From contig JBMFMV010000046.1 of NCBI GenBank assembly GCA_049970495.1, positions 1 to 15,080 on the forward strand: DNA of 15,080 nucleotides. The letters are read 5' to 3'. The position numbers were made by a program, and so were the translations under genes. This document shows positions 7,845 to 15,080 of the stretch, in pieces. Origin of the DNA: a bacterium. Lineage in GTDB: Bacteria; DUMJ01. Position 1 is the first letter of the stretch. The number at the start of each line of letters is the position of its first letter. The notes under the pieces are model-generated. The model was not told the origin of the DNA and made no database searches. It saw only the letters and a program-made list of their open reading frames with translations.

Positions 7845-9373
7845 GCGAGACGGTAATAGTCTTAGATTTTGGTTCACAGTATACTAACCTTATAGCTAGG
7901 AGGATAAGAGAACAACAAGTATACTCTGAGATCCTACCGTGTGATGTCCCTTTTAGTGAGATAGAAAAGAGGAATCCAAAAGGGATCATCCTTTCTGGGG
8001 GACCCTCTAGCGTTTATGAAGAGGGAGCTCCTAAATGTAGTCCCTTAGTATTTAGTGGGAAATATCCTGTCTTAGGAATCTGTTATGGTATGCAACTTAT
8101 GGCATATATGCTTGGAGGTAAGGTAGTAAAGGGGGAGAAAGGCGAGTTTGGTAAAACCCTTTTAAAGGTCGAGGCAGATTCCCTTCTGTTTGATGGATTA
8201 GACAAAGAATTTATTGCTTGGATGAGTCACAATGATATAGTTATAAGACCCCCTGAGAATTTTAAGATTACTGCTTCTACTGATAATACACCTATAGCAG
8301 CTATAGAAGACCCTGATAGAAATCTATACGCTGTTCAGTTTCATCCAGAAGTAATCCATACTATAAATGGAGATAAGATCATAAAGAACTTTCTTTATAA
8401 GATATGTTATTGTAGTGGCGATTGGACACCTGAACATTTTATAAATGAGGCTATAGGAAATATAAAAGAGACTATTGGGAATGGAAAAGTTATATGTGCG
8501 TTGAGCGGGGGTGTAGATTCTACAACTACTGCAGTACTTGTACACAAAGCCATTGGGGACAACCTTATCTGCATATTTGTAAATCAAGGGACACTTAGAG
8601 AAAATGAGGTTGAACAAGTATTGAATACTCTAAAAAACTTCAATATGAGAGTGGAGTATGTTGATGCCACGGATAGGTTTTTGGAAAAGTTAAAAGGGGT
8701 GACAGATCCTGAAGAGAAGCGAAAAATAATAGGACATGAATTTGTTAGTGTTTTTGAGGAGGTTGCTACTAGGCTTGGAAATATAGATTTTCTTGCCCAA
8801 GGAACGCTCTACCCGGATGTAATAGAGAGTGCTACGAGTTCACAGAAGGCTTATAAGATAAAGACTCATCATAATGTTGGGGGCCTTCCGGAGAAGATGA
8901 GATTGAAGTTGATTGAGCCTTTAAGATACCTTTTTAAGGATGAAGTCAGAAGAGTTGCAGTGTCTTTAGGTATTCCAGAGAAAATAGTCTACCGTCAGCC
9001 CTTCCCAGGTCCAGGATTGGCTATAAGGATTATAGGAGAGGTTACTAGAGAACGATTAGAGATAATCAGAAAGGCAGATTATATAATCTCTACTGAAATA
9101 GAGAAAGCTGGACTAAGTAGAGAACTTTGGCAGTATTTTGGTGTTCTTCTACCTGAGATGAGTGTAGGAGTAATGGGGGATAGAAGAACATTTGGCCATG
9201 TAGTAGCTGTAAGGGCTATCTTAAGCGAAGATGGAATGACTGCTGATTGGGCTAGGTTGCCTTATTCTCTCTTAGAAACAATATCTAGCCGAATAATAAA
9301 CGAAGTACCTAGAGTTAATAGAGTTGTTTATGATATAAGCTCAAAGCCGCCAGCAACTATAGAGTGGGAATAG
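7841..9373 (+). CDS. guaA: GMP synthase (glutamine-hydrolysing)
   Basis: [22 protein letters not shown] (catalytic Cys), [35 protein letters not shown] and C-terminal [13 protein letters not shown] overlap with serS. Confidence 0.98.
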   Translation: MSETVIVLDFGSQYTNLIARRIREQQVYSEILPCDVPFSEIEKRNPKGIILSGGPSSVYEEGAPKCSPLVFSGKYPVLGICYGMQLMAYMLGGKVVKGEKGEFGKTLLKVEADSLLFDGLDKEFIAWMSHNDIVIRPPENFKITASTDNTPIAAIEDPDRNLYAVQFHPEVIHTINGDKIIKNFLYKICYCSGDWTPEHFINEAIGNIKETIGNGKVICALSGGVDSTTTAVLVHKAIGDNLICIFVNQGTLRENEVEQVLNTLKNFNMRVEYVDATDRFLEKLKGVTDPEEKRKIIGHEFVSVFEEVATRLGNIDFLAQGTLYPDVIESATSSQKAYKIKTHHNVGGLPEKMRLKLIEPLRYLFKDEVRRVAVSLGIPEKIVYRQPFPGPGLAIRIIGEVTRERLEIIRKADYIISTEIEKAGLSRELWQYFGVLLPEMSVGVMGDRRTFGHVVAVRAILSEDGMTADWARLPYSLLETISSRIINEVPRVNRVVYDISSKPPATIEWE

Positions 9374-9375
9374 TT

Positions 9376-10482
9376 ATGGAATTGTTAGAAGAGGTAATCT
9401 CTAAAATTAGAGAATTAGGACCAAGACCTACAGGATCAGATAAAGAGAGAGAGTTTTCTCTTTGGATAGAGGATAAGCTAAAATCCTTTGGACTTGATAC
9501 TGATGTTCAGTCCTTCAAAGTTGTTCCGACTTATTCTTATCCATATATAATAATTTGGGGACTTTTAATGTTTTCTGTCTTTTTTACTCTTATCAATAGA
9601 TTTTTTCCATTTTTCTTGGCACTATCTATTACTCTTTTAGAGTTTAGAGAGCTTGATACATTTCATAATATTACAAATTTATTTAGAAGTAAAATATCGC
9701 AAAATGTAATTGGTAAAAATTCTGATAGGCCTAAATTGGTTATAATGGCCCATGTGGATTCTGCTAGGACATCAATATTTTTCCATCCTAAATTTGTTAC
9801 CTCCCCTAGAATTTCTATGCTTCTTACTACCAGCTCTAGTTTAGCCGTATTAATACTTACCCTTTTTAATCTTATATTTCCCTTAAGACTTTGGTTTTAT
9901 TTAGGGTTAATACCTTCTTTATACCTACTGTTTCTTATAGTTGCCCATTTACACAGAGAGATTTTTATGGGATTTAGCCCTGGGGGGAATGATAATGGTT
10001 CCGGGGTTATAACTGCTTTGTGTAGCGCAAAGGTATTGGTAGAAGAGAATATACCTTTTTGGGTAATATTTACTGGAGGAGAGGAATCGGGGACTTATGG
10101 GGCGGAGGCTTTAGAGCGTAGATATGGAGAGTTATTTAAGGATGCCTTTATTCTAAACTTAGATAATCTTGGAGCAGGAAGGCTTACTGTAGCTACTGAG
10201 GAGGGAATGTGGAAGATATTCAAAGTAAAAGAAGTTTGGCTAGATGTTATAAAGAAGTGTAGTGAAGGAATAGATGTAAATTTCAGGCCTTACTTAGGTC
10301 TTTCTACTGATGCTACAGTATTTCTGGCTAGAGGTTACAGTGCTGGGACAATTATAGCTCTCGATGCAAGAGGTTTTCCTGTAAATTGGCATTGGTATAC
10401 AGATAGTGTAGATTTTCTAGAAAGGAAAAATTTAATCGACGCTATTAATATAGTTGTAGATGTGGGGAGATATGTAAGATGA
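9376..10482 (+). CDS. M28 family Zn-metallopeptidase-like protein with internal transmembrane segments
   Basis: GPRPTGS, AHVDS, GGNDNGSG, FTGGEESG, LNLD, STD and WHWYTD match the M28 metal-ligand pattern. Two long hydrophobic inserts. ATG 9376 is preferred over GTG 9364, but the start is uncertain because the SD is weak. Confidence 0.82.
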   Translation: MELLEEVISKIRELGPRPTGSDKEREFSLWIEDKLKSFGLDTDVQSFKVVPTYSYPYIIIWGLLMFSVFFTLINRFFPFFLALSITLLEFRELDTFHNITNLFRSKISQNVIGKNSDRPKLVIMAHVDSARTSIFFHPKFVTSPRISMLLTTSSSLAVLILTLFNLIFPLRLWFYLGLIPSLYLLFLIVAHLHREIFMGFSPGGNDNGSGVITALCSAKVLVEENIPFWVIFTGGEESGTYGAEALERRYGELFKDAFILNLDNLGAGRLTVATEEGMWKIFKVKEVWLDVIKKCSEGIDVNFRPYLGLSTDATVFLARGYSAGTIIALDARGFPVNWHWYTDSVDFLERKNLIDAINIVVDVGRYVR

Positions 10483-12125
10483 TACTAAAAAGATATTTAG
10501 CTGATAGAATTTTAGACTCACTAAGACAGAGTAACTTGCATGAGGTAGAGGTAGTAATTGATAGGACTCCAAATCCAGAGTTTGGTCACTATACTTCATC
10601 TGTTTCTTTTAATCTTTCTAAGATTCTTAGAAAGTCTCCTTATGAGATTGCTAAAGAGATAGTAGAAAAGATTACCGACCCATTAGAGCTTATAGACAGG
10701 GTAGAGATAAAGGGTGGTTTTATAAACTTTTTCTTAAGAGAAAGGGCATTTTATCTTGTTATAAAGGAGATTATAAGGGAGAGAGAAAGCTACGGAAGGT
10801 CAAATGAAGGGCAGGGTAAGAAGGTACAGATAGAATTTGTGAGCGCTAATCCTTCAGGCCCTCTCCATGTTGGTAATGGAAGAGGTGGAGCCTTAGGGGA
10901 TGTCTTGGCTAATATCTTTGAATGGTTTGGATATGATGTGGAAAGGGAATTTTATGTGAATGATATGGGAACTCAGATGAGACTTTTAGCTCTTTCTGTA
11001 GAAGCAAGGATGAAAGAACTATTGGGAGAACCGTTTGAGATTCCAGAAGAAGGATACCATGGAGAATATGTAAAAGATATAGCAAGATTAGCCCTTGAGC
11101 AATTTGGGGATAGTATCTGGAATCTTCCTCAGGAAGAACGATTAGAAAAGCTTAAAGAGTTTGCTGAAGATACTATTCTAGGATGGCAGAAAGAGGACTT
11201 AGAACTTTTTGGTATAAAATTTGATTGTTGGTATAAAGAGAGTACTCTGCACAAGAAGAACCTTTTGAAAGAGGCATTAGAGATACTTAAGGCCAATGGT
11301 TATACCTATGAGAAAGACGGTGCGGTATGGTTTGCGTCTACAAGATTTGGCGATGAGAAAGATAGAGTCCTTATAAAGAGTGACGGTTCTTCGACTTATT
11401 TTTTGGCAGACATAGCATATCACTTGGATAAGTATAAAAGAGGATTTGCTCATATAATTGACATATGGGGTGCAGACCACTATGGTTATGTTGCTAGAAT
11501 GAAAGCAGGTATAGAGGCGCTAGGTTATGACCCTAATACATTCGAGCCGATTATTTATCAGATAGTTCATCTATTTAGGAGTGGTTCTGCTGTTAGAATG
11601 TCTAAGAGGACAGGAGAGATGGTCACTTTAAGGGAACTACTTGATGAGGTAGGAAAGGATGCAGCTAGATATTTCTTCGTGATGAGGGATCCAAATAGCC
11701 AACTAGATTTTGATATAGACTTGGCAAAGACCCAATCTGTCAATAATCCAGTATACTATGTACAATATGCCTTTGCTAGATGTTGTAGTCTGTTTAGGCA
11801 GGCTGAGGTGCGCGGAGTACAGTTAGAAAGGATGTTTGATTGTGACCTTTCATTTCTTAGGGATCCTTTAGAAGTAGAACTTATGATAACTCTTGAGGAT
11901 TTCCCCGATATACTCAAAAATGTATTTTATAATCGTGCCCCTCATAGACTTACCTCTTACCTAGAGTCTTTAGCCAAGAATTTTCACTCTTTCTATAACT
12001 CTTTACGAATCCTACAGGAAGAAGACTCTATAATGTATGCACGTATGGCTTTAGCCTTTGCTACCCAACAAGTGATAAAGATTGGGCTAGATCTAATAGG
12101 AGTTAGTGCTCCTGAAAAGATGTAA
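10479..12125 (+). CDS. argS: Arginine--tRNA ligase
   Basis: FGHY, GFINF, EFVSANPSGPLHVGNGRG (HIGH equivalent), EFYVNDMG, DIAYH, WGADH, RMSKRTG (KMSKS equivalent), NPVYYVQYA and C-terminal APEKM. ATGA overlap with the upstream gene. Confidence 0.97.
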   Translation: MILKRYLADRILDSLRQSNLHEVEVVIDRTPNPEFGHYTSSVSFNLSKILRKSPYEIAKEIVEKITDPLELIDRVEIKGGFINFFLRERAFYLVIKEIIRERESYGRSNEGQGKKVQIEFVSANPSGPLHVGNGRGGALGDVLANIFEWFGYDVEREFYVNDMGTQMRLLALSVEARMKELLGEPFEIPEEGYHGEYVKDIARLALEQFGDSIWNLPQEERLEKLKEFAEDTILGWQKEDLELFGIKFDCWYKESTLHKKNLLKEALEILKANGYTYEKDGAVWFASTRFGDEKDRVLIKSDGSSTYFLADIAYHLDKYKRGFAHIIDIWGADHYGYVARMKAGIEALGYDPNTFEPIIYQIVHLFRSGSAVRMSKRTGEMVTLRELLDEVGKDAARYFFVMRDPNSQLDFDIDLAKTQSVNNPVYYVQYAFARCCSLFRQAEVRGVQLERMFDCDLSFLRDPLEVELMITLEDFPDILKNVFYNRAPHRLTSYLESLAKNFHSFYNSLRILQEEDSIMYARMALAFATQQVIKIGLDLIGVSAPEKM

Positions 12126-12141
12126 ATATTTGTGCTATAAT
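12112..12141 (+). promoter_or_regulatory. Sigma70/SigA-type promoter with extended -10 for asp23-recG-rsmD
   Basis: TGTG-C-TATAAT at 12131-12141 (TRTG extension plus a perfect -10) in the only sizeable intergenic gap. Possible -35 CTGAAA at 12112-12117 with an 18-bp spacer. SD AGGGAG at 12162-12167 before ATG 12175. Confidence 0.7.
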
Positions 12142-12174
12142 GAATATAGTAACTTATTGTTAGGGAGATAATAT

Positions 12175-12522
12175 ATGGAAAGTAAAGTTGAAAATCCTTT
12201 AGGGCAGATAAATATATCTGCTAATGCGATAGCTAATATAGTAACAAATGCTACTCTGAGATGCCCTGGAGTAGTTGCTATGAGTTCTAAGTCTTTTACA
12301 GAAGAGATAGCTAATCTCTTAAAGGTGGAGTCTCCTTCTAAGGGGGTTGAAGTCAATATCTCAGGTGATAAGGTAGATGTGAATGTATATGTAGTAGTAA
12401 GTTATGGGACAAATATACCAGAGCTTGCTGAAATTATAGCTAGTTCTATAAAGACTGATTTAGAAAAATATACAGGTCTTATGGTTTCTTCTGTAAATGT
12501 AAGTGTGGTAGGTATTTCTTAA
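12175..12522 (+). CDS. Asp23/Gls24 family envelope stress protein (YloU-like)
   Basis: 115 aa with NPLGQINIS..AIANI, CPGVVAM, SKGVEV, VYVVVSYGTNIPE, LEKYTGL.V..VNVSVVGI. Position upstream of recG is typical of YloU homologues. Confidence 0.9.
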   Translation: MESKVENPLGQINISANAIANIVTNATLRCPGVVAMSSKSFTEEIANLLKVESPSKGVEVNISGDKVDVNVYVVVSYGTNIPELAEIIASSIKTDLEKYTGLMVSSVNVSVVGIS

Positions 12523-12544
12523 GTTTTAGCAGAGGTGTAGATGA

Positions 12545-14593
12545 TTGGTTCTAGATACCCCTATCCAATATGTAAAAGGAATAGGGCCCAAAAGGGCTGT
12601 TCTTTTTAAAAGATTAGGTATAGAAACCTTAAATGACCTTATCTATTTTATACCCAAAAGATATGAAGATAGGAGTAATTTAAAGCCTATAAATTCTTTA
12701 GAATCAGATACTTATCAGACTATTCTATGTTATGTGGTAGATATCCAGGAAGAACGGATAAGGAATAATCTTACATTAGTAAAGGCTAGGGTAAGAGATA
12801 GTACTGGTGAAGCTATCGCAATATGGTTTAATCAGACATATCTAAAGAATATACTAAAGAAAGGAACTAAACTTTATCTCTACGGAAATATTACAAGAAG
12901 ATTTGGTAGGATAGAGATACAAAATCCCGACTATGAGATTGCTGATAGTGATGAGACTATTCATACTGGAAGAATTATCCCTATCTATCCCCTTACTGAA
13001 GGCTTAAGCCAGAAGATAGTAAGAAATATAATTTGGAATACCCTTAATCAATATTTAGATGAGTTAGAGGAGTTTTTACCAGTAGAGATATTAGATAAAT
13101 ATGGATTTCCAGATATAAAAAGCGCTATACAAGAAGTACATTTCCCAAACAGTGAGGAGAGTCTTAGGAAGGCTAAGGAAAGATTAACCTTTGAGGAGTT
13201 TTTCTTACTTCAACTTGCCATTCTAAGACGTAGGATGGCTCTACTTGAAGAAAATGCTCCTGTAATAAAGATCTCAAGAGATATAGAAGAAAAGTTTTTC
13301 AAAAGCCTCCCCTTTGAATTAACAAATGCACAAAAAAGAGTAATTGAAGATATAAAGAGAGACATAGCAAGTGGAAAATCGATGCAGAGACTTTTACAGG
13401 GTGATGTTGGGTCAGGCAAAACTGTAGTGGCAGCTTATTTCTTGTATGTGGTAGCCTGTAATGGTTATCAGAGTGCTATTATGGCTCCAACTGAAATTCT
13501 TGCTCAACAGCACTACGATAGAATAGGTCCACTTCTATCTAACTTAGGATTAGAAACTGCCTTACTTATTGGATCTACAAAGGAGAAGGAGAAACAGGAG
13601 ATAAAGGAGAAGTTGGCTCTTGGGGAACTTCCAGTAGTTATTGGAACACACGCACTTATACAGGAGGATATTGAGTTTAAAAACCTTGTGGGTATAGTCA
13701 TAGACGAACAGCATAGGTTTGGCGTTATGCAGAGAATGGCGTTGAGAAATAAAGGACTTTCTCCTCACTTTCTAGTTATGAGTGCTACCCCTATTCCTAG
13801 GACTTTAGCACTCACACTCTATGGAGACCTTGATATTTCGGTTATAGATGAACTTCCTAGTGGTAGATTACCTGTTGCTACATACTGGGCTTCTGGTGAA
13901 CAGAGAGCTCAGGTATACAATATGGTTAGAAAGATAGTAAGGAGTGGGCAGCAGGCTTATATTGTATGTCCATTGATAGAAGAGTCAGAAAAATTAGAGG
14001 CAGAGTCTGCTGTGGCTTTGGCTAAGAAGATGCAGGAAGATGTATTCCCAGAATTTAAGGTTGGCTTGCTCCATGGGAAGATGAGTATTAGCGAAAAAGA
14101 GGAAGTAATGAATAGATTTAGAAATGGAGAGATTAATATATTAGTTTCTACCACGGTGATAGAAGTGGGTGTTGACGTTCCAAACGCTACAGTTATGGTG
14201 ATAGAGAATGCGGAGAGGTTTGGACTCTCTCAACTGCATCAGTTGAGAGGTAGAGTTGGAAGAGGTAATCTAAAATCTTATTGTATTCTTATAAGTGATC
14301 TTAATACCGAAGAGGCTAGAGAAAGGATAAAGATAATGACCAAGACACAAAATGGCTTTGAAATAGCAGAAGCAGACTTGAGACTTAGAGGACCAGGCGA
14401 ATTAAATGGGACACGTCAGCATGGTATTCCAGATTTTAAAGTAGGTAATATTATACGTGATGCTAGAATTTTAGAGCTAGCAAGGGAAGAGGCTTTAAAA
14501 CTTTTGAAAAAAGATCCTACTCTTTCTTTATATAGGAATCTTAAAGAAAGGGTTGAAACTTCAAGTATCTTAGAATTTTTAAGTACAGGTTAG
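12545..14593 (+). CDS. recG: ATP-dependent DNA helicase RecG
   Basis: N-terminal [13 protein letters not shown] and an OB/wedge domain; [11 protein letters not shown] (Walker A), [56 protein letters not shown] start at 12545 (in-frame TGA immediately upstream); SD GAGGTG at 12532-12537. Confidence 0.97.
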   Translation: MVLDTPIQYVKGIGPKRAVLFKRLGIETLNDLIYFIPKRYEDRSNLKPINSLESDTYQTILCYVVDIQEERIRNNLTLVKARVRDSTGEAIAIWFNQTYLKNILKKGTKLYLYGNITRRFGRIEIQNPDYEIADSDETIHTGRIIPIYPLTEGLSQKIVRNIIWNTLNQYLDELEEFLPVEILDKYGFPDIKSAIQEVHFPNSEESLRKAKERLTFEEFFLLQLAILRRRMALLEENAPVIKISRDIEEKFFKSLPFELTNAQKRVIEDIKRDIASGKSMQRLLQGDVGSGKTVVAAYFLYVVACNGYQSAIMAPTEILAQQHYDRIGPLLSNLGLETALLIGSTKEKEKQEIKEKLALGELPVVIGTHALIQEDIEFKNLVGIVIDEQHRFGVMQRMALRNKGLSPHFLVMSATPIPRTLALTLYGDLDISVIDELPSGRLPVATYWASGEQRAQVYNMVRKIVRSGQQAYIVCPLIEESEKLEAESAVALAKKMQEDVFPEFKVGLLHGKMSISEKEEVMNRFRNGEINILVSTTVIEVGVDVPNATVMVIENAERFGLSQLHQLRGRVGRGNLKSYCILISDLNTEEARERIKIMTKTQNGFEIAEADLRLRGPGELNGTRQHGIPDFKVGNIIRDARILELAREEALKLLKKDPTLSLYRNLKERVETSSILEFLSTG

Positions 14594-14595
14594 TA

Positions 14596-15080
14596 ATGGA
14601 AATAGTTATAACTGGGGGGATATTCAGGGGAAGGAAGTTATCTGTTCCTAATAATATCAATGTGAGACCTACTATGGGATTTATTCGAGAGGCTATCTTC
14701 AATTCTATAGGAAATAAAATAACTGACTCTGTATTTTTGGATCTTTACGCTGGGTTTGGCACAGTAGGGATAGAAGCTTTGAGTAGAGGCGCTAGTGTAG
14801 TTACATTCGTTGATAAAAGTAAGGTATGCATAGATACGATAAAAAAGAATATAGAAATACTAGGTTGTTTAGAGCAGGCTAAAGTCTATTGTATGACGGT
14901 AGATAATTTTATTCGGATAATAGATACTAAATACGATATTATCTATTTAGATCCCCCATATAATGTAGATTGTTCAAATATTATTAAGGAAATTTTAGGC
15001 AAAGGGCTACTTGCAAATGGTGGTATTATAATATGGGAGACTTCTGTAAGAAGTAATATCAATAAAGAGTCTCTTAATGT
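14596..15080 (+). CDS. rsmD: 16S rRNA (guanine966-N2)-methyltransferase RsmD, 3'-truncated by the window edge
   Basis: Not in the ORF track because it has no stop inside the window. Manual translation: MEIVITGGIFRGRKLSVPNNINVRPTMGFIREAIFNSIG...FLDLYAGFGTVGIEALSRGA...YDIIYLDPPY.... Contains the RPT, SAM-binding and DPPY motifs and follows recG as in many bacteria. Confidence 0.93.
   Translation, partial: MEIVITGGIFRGRKLSVPNNINVRPTMGFIREAIFNSIGNKITDSVFLDLYAGFGTVGIEALSRGASVVTFVDKSKVCIDTIKKNIEILGCLEQAKVYCMTVDNFIRIIDTKYDIIYLDPPYNVDCSNIIKEILGKGLLANGGIIIWETSVRSNINKESLN

Noticed and set aside
12126..12174. Intrinsic terminator or small RNA after argS
   Set aside because: Only 49 bp, with no GC-rich hairpin or T-tract; the space is explained by a promoter and SD.
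12135..12356. 73-aa minus-strand ORF near where a divergent rpmB (L28) might be expected
   Set aside because: It overlaps asp23 antisense rather than diverging from it, and lacks the basic, Cys/Arg-rich L28 pattern.
1322..14154. All minus-strand ORFs in the track (62-97 aa)
   Set aside because: Each lies largely or wholly antisense to a well-supported + strand gene, has no recognisable motif, and shows the Ser/Ile/Phe/Leu- or Tyr-rich composition typical of shadow frames.
2442..14593. TAG read-through or recoding (e.g. pyrrolysine), prompted by the many TAG stops
   Set aside because: No in-frame TAG interrupts any gene, and TAG falls at expected C-termini (guaA, cheW, recG, DegT).
14614..14619. 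G6 runs (also at 61, 5332 and 9982) as phase-variation or frameshift sites
   Set aside because: Too short, they fall in Gly codons, and all reading frames are intact.
14596..15080. DPPY motif suggesting a DNA adenine methyltransferase of a restriction or defence system
   Set aside because: The N-terminal ITGG.FRGRKL and RPT...REAIFN motifs and the position after recG identify RsmD, which also carries DPPY.
1..15080. CRISPR arrays, tRNA/rRNA genes, IS elements, integrases, inteins or long DNA repeats
   Set aside because: None seen by eye. There is almost no non-coding space, the proteins are of normal family length, and the SLBB repeats are similar only at protein level.

Overview
A densely packed, AT-rich bacterial chromosomal segment with 14 consecutive + strand genes and almost no intergenic DNA (largest gap 49 bp). 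It opens with the 3' part of a surface-polysaccharide export and sugar-biosynthesis block: a 5'-truncated multi-SLBB Wza-like export protein, a kinase-less Wzz/GumC-type co-polymerase, and a DegT-family aminotransferase plus Gfo/Idh/MocA dehydrogenase pair. This runs through overlapping reading frames into a mixed block: ROK sugar kinase, orphan cheW, DUF554 membrane protein, serS, guaA, a membrane-embedded M28 peptidase and argS. A clear extended -10 promoter then precedes asp23-family, recG and rsmD (3'-truncated and missing from the supplied ORF track). I found no RNA genes, mobile elements, CRISPR arrays, long repeats or pseudogenes, and no convincing evidence of a wholly new system. The points most worth following up are the M28 enzyme with two transmembrane hairpins inserted in its catalytic domain, the orphan cheW, the incomplete 3-amino-sugar pathway, candidate intragenic promoters, and the asp23-recG-rsmD cluster lacking fakA and rpmB. 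All calls rest on motif recognition by eye; no database searches were run.
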